NCBI GenBank assembly: GCA_963808235.1 | Contig: CAWEEQ010000004.1 | Coordinates: forward strand, 2,144,001-2,208,000 | From: an uncultured delta proteobacterium | GTDB taxonomy: Bacteria; Desulfobacterota; Binatia; Binatales; Binataceae | Length of the DNA stretch: 64,000 nt | Reading direction: 5' to 3' | In this document: one piece after another, positions 63,289 through 64,000 of the stretch | Position numbering within the stretch: position 1 is the stretch's first letter | Layout: each line of letters starts with the position of its first letter | The notes under the pieces: model-generated | What the model saw: the letters and a program-made list of their open reading frames with translations, nothing else | Database searches by the model: none | What the model was told of the DNA's origin: nothing | Made by a program: the position numbers and the translations under genes

Positions 63289-64000
63289 TCAAGCGACCAG
63301 GGCGGATGTCGCGATGTTAGCCCGGTTTGCGAGAGATCTGCGAATCGGATACGCAGGGAAACCGGCCCCGGCGACGATTGCCAGGATCGGTATTGCAGGA
63401 ACCCTAAGCCTGGCACCTCCCTCCGGTCCGGAAGCAGATACTAACAACATCAGTCCGACACCAAGAAGCCATACCAGTTGCCAATCTCTATGTCTTAGCG
63501 CCCAAGTCAGAGCCAATGCGCATCCTATCCAGATAAGAGCCAGCACAATTTCCTGGAGCAGGACTACCATGATCACCGGCGCCGAAGACTTCTCGAACCG
63601 ACCCACTTTTTCCGAAACCGTAACGTCTTCACTGCCAGATGCATATGCTCCTGCCCCGGACAGCCATAACTTGATGTCGCCGAGGCCGGGCGCCCATGCC
63701 AGTAACACGAGGTCCCGGATAGTCATTCGAACAAAGGCGATCGGATGCTGCAGCAACACCGTCCTTGCGATGTTTTGCGCCCGCTCAAGCGCCTCTGGTG
63801 ACTGCATCCGCACCGGCCCGCTGGAAAGCATCGAAGCCCTGGGCGGAAATGCGGCCTGAGCGCGAAGTTCCCGCCGTTCTTCCTCGATAGTTGTGTGGTT
63901 GACGAGCGCAAGAACGCCAGCAGCTCGGTAGTAAAGCAGGTCCTTGATGCTGATCGAGGAAAAGGTGCTAACGCCCGCCACTGCGCGATTCCGCGCCGTC
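63289..64000 (-). CDS. Partial polytopic membrane protein, probable ArnT/GT-C-like glycosyltransferase (C-terminal part)
   Basis: xRNxxxxG loop, HPIAFV, TM helices and an ARLRVPAIPIL motif typical of GT-C C-termini; frame open to the window edge. Confidence 0.65.
   Translation of the reverse strand, partial: TARNRAVAGVSTFSSISIKDLLYYRAAGVLALVNHTTIEEERRELRAQAAFPPRASMLSSGPVRMQSPEALERAQNIARTVLLQHPIAFVRMTIRDLVLLAWAPGLGDIKLWLSGAGAYASGSEDVTVSEKVGRFEKSSAPVIMVVLLQEIVLALIWIGCALALTWALRHRDWQLVWLLGVGLMLLVSASGPEGGARLRVPAIPILAIVAGAGFPAYPIRRSLANRANIATSALVA

Overview
GC-rich bacterial DNA encoding a cell-surface island in two parts. Thr-Ala linkers with ASH/choice-of-anchor-D domains and the gene style suggest Candidatus Binatia/Binataceae, but this is an unverified impression. 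(1) From 1 to 24.5 kb: an orphan lasso-type RRE (B1) plus peptidase (B2) pair lies divergent from a cassette that occurs three times. Each copy is a secreted Gly-X-Thr collagen-like gene, a conserved GC hairpin and a small secreted 4-Cys partner gene (3 collagens, 4 partners). This part also has an LtaS-like sulfatase, three GT-C-type membrane glycosyltransferases (one tandem-duplicated PTPS-related, one TMTC-like with TPR, one partial) and large Thr-rich secreted proteins. (2) From 25 to 64 kb: a Wzx/Wzy-type exopolysaccharide locus (priming transferase, wza, OM barrel, wzc, wzx, ligase/polymerase, GT2/GT4, Crp/Fnr regulator). It carries many tailoring enzymes: three TylF-like and three other SAM methyltransferases, a B12 radical SAM enzyme, two sulfotransferases, a FemAB-like GNAT, a nucleotidyltransferase-like protein and an FkbH-ACP-MBOAT(FIYFQF)-SGNH acyl relay. 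Several genes are broken by single-base indels (dense at 42.4-45.7 kb), most likely long-read consensus errors. No rRNA, tRNA, CRISPR array or mobile element was recognised. Best novelty candidates are the collagen/partner surface-filament cassette with its likely O-glycosylation machinery, and a putative (methyl)glyceroyl-transfer pathway onto the polysaccharide.
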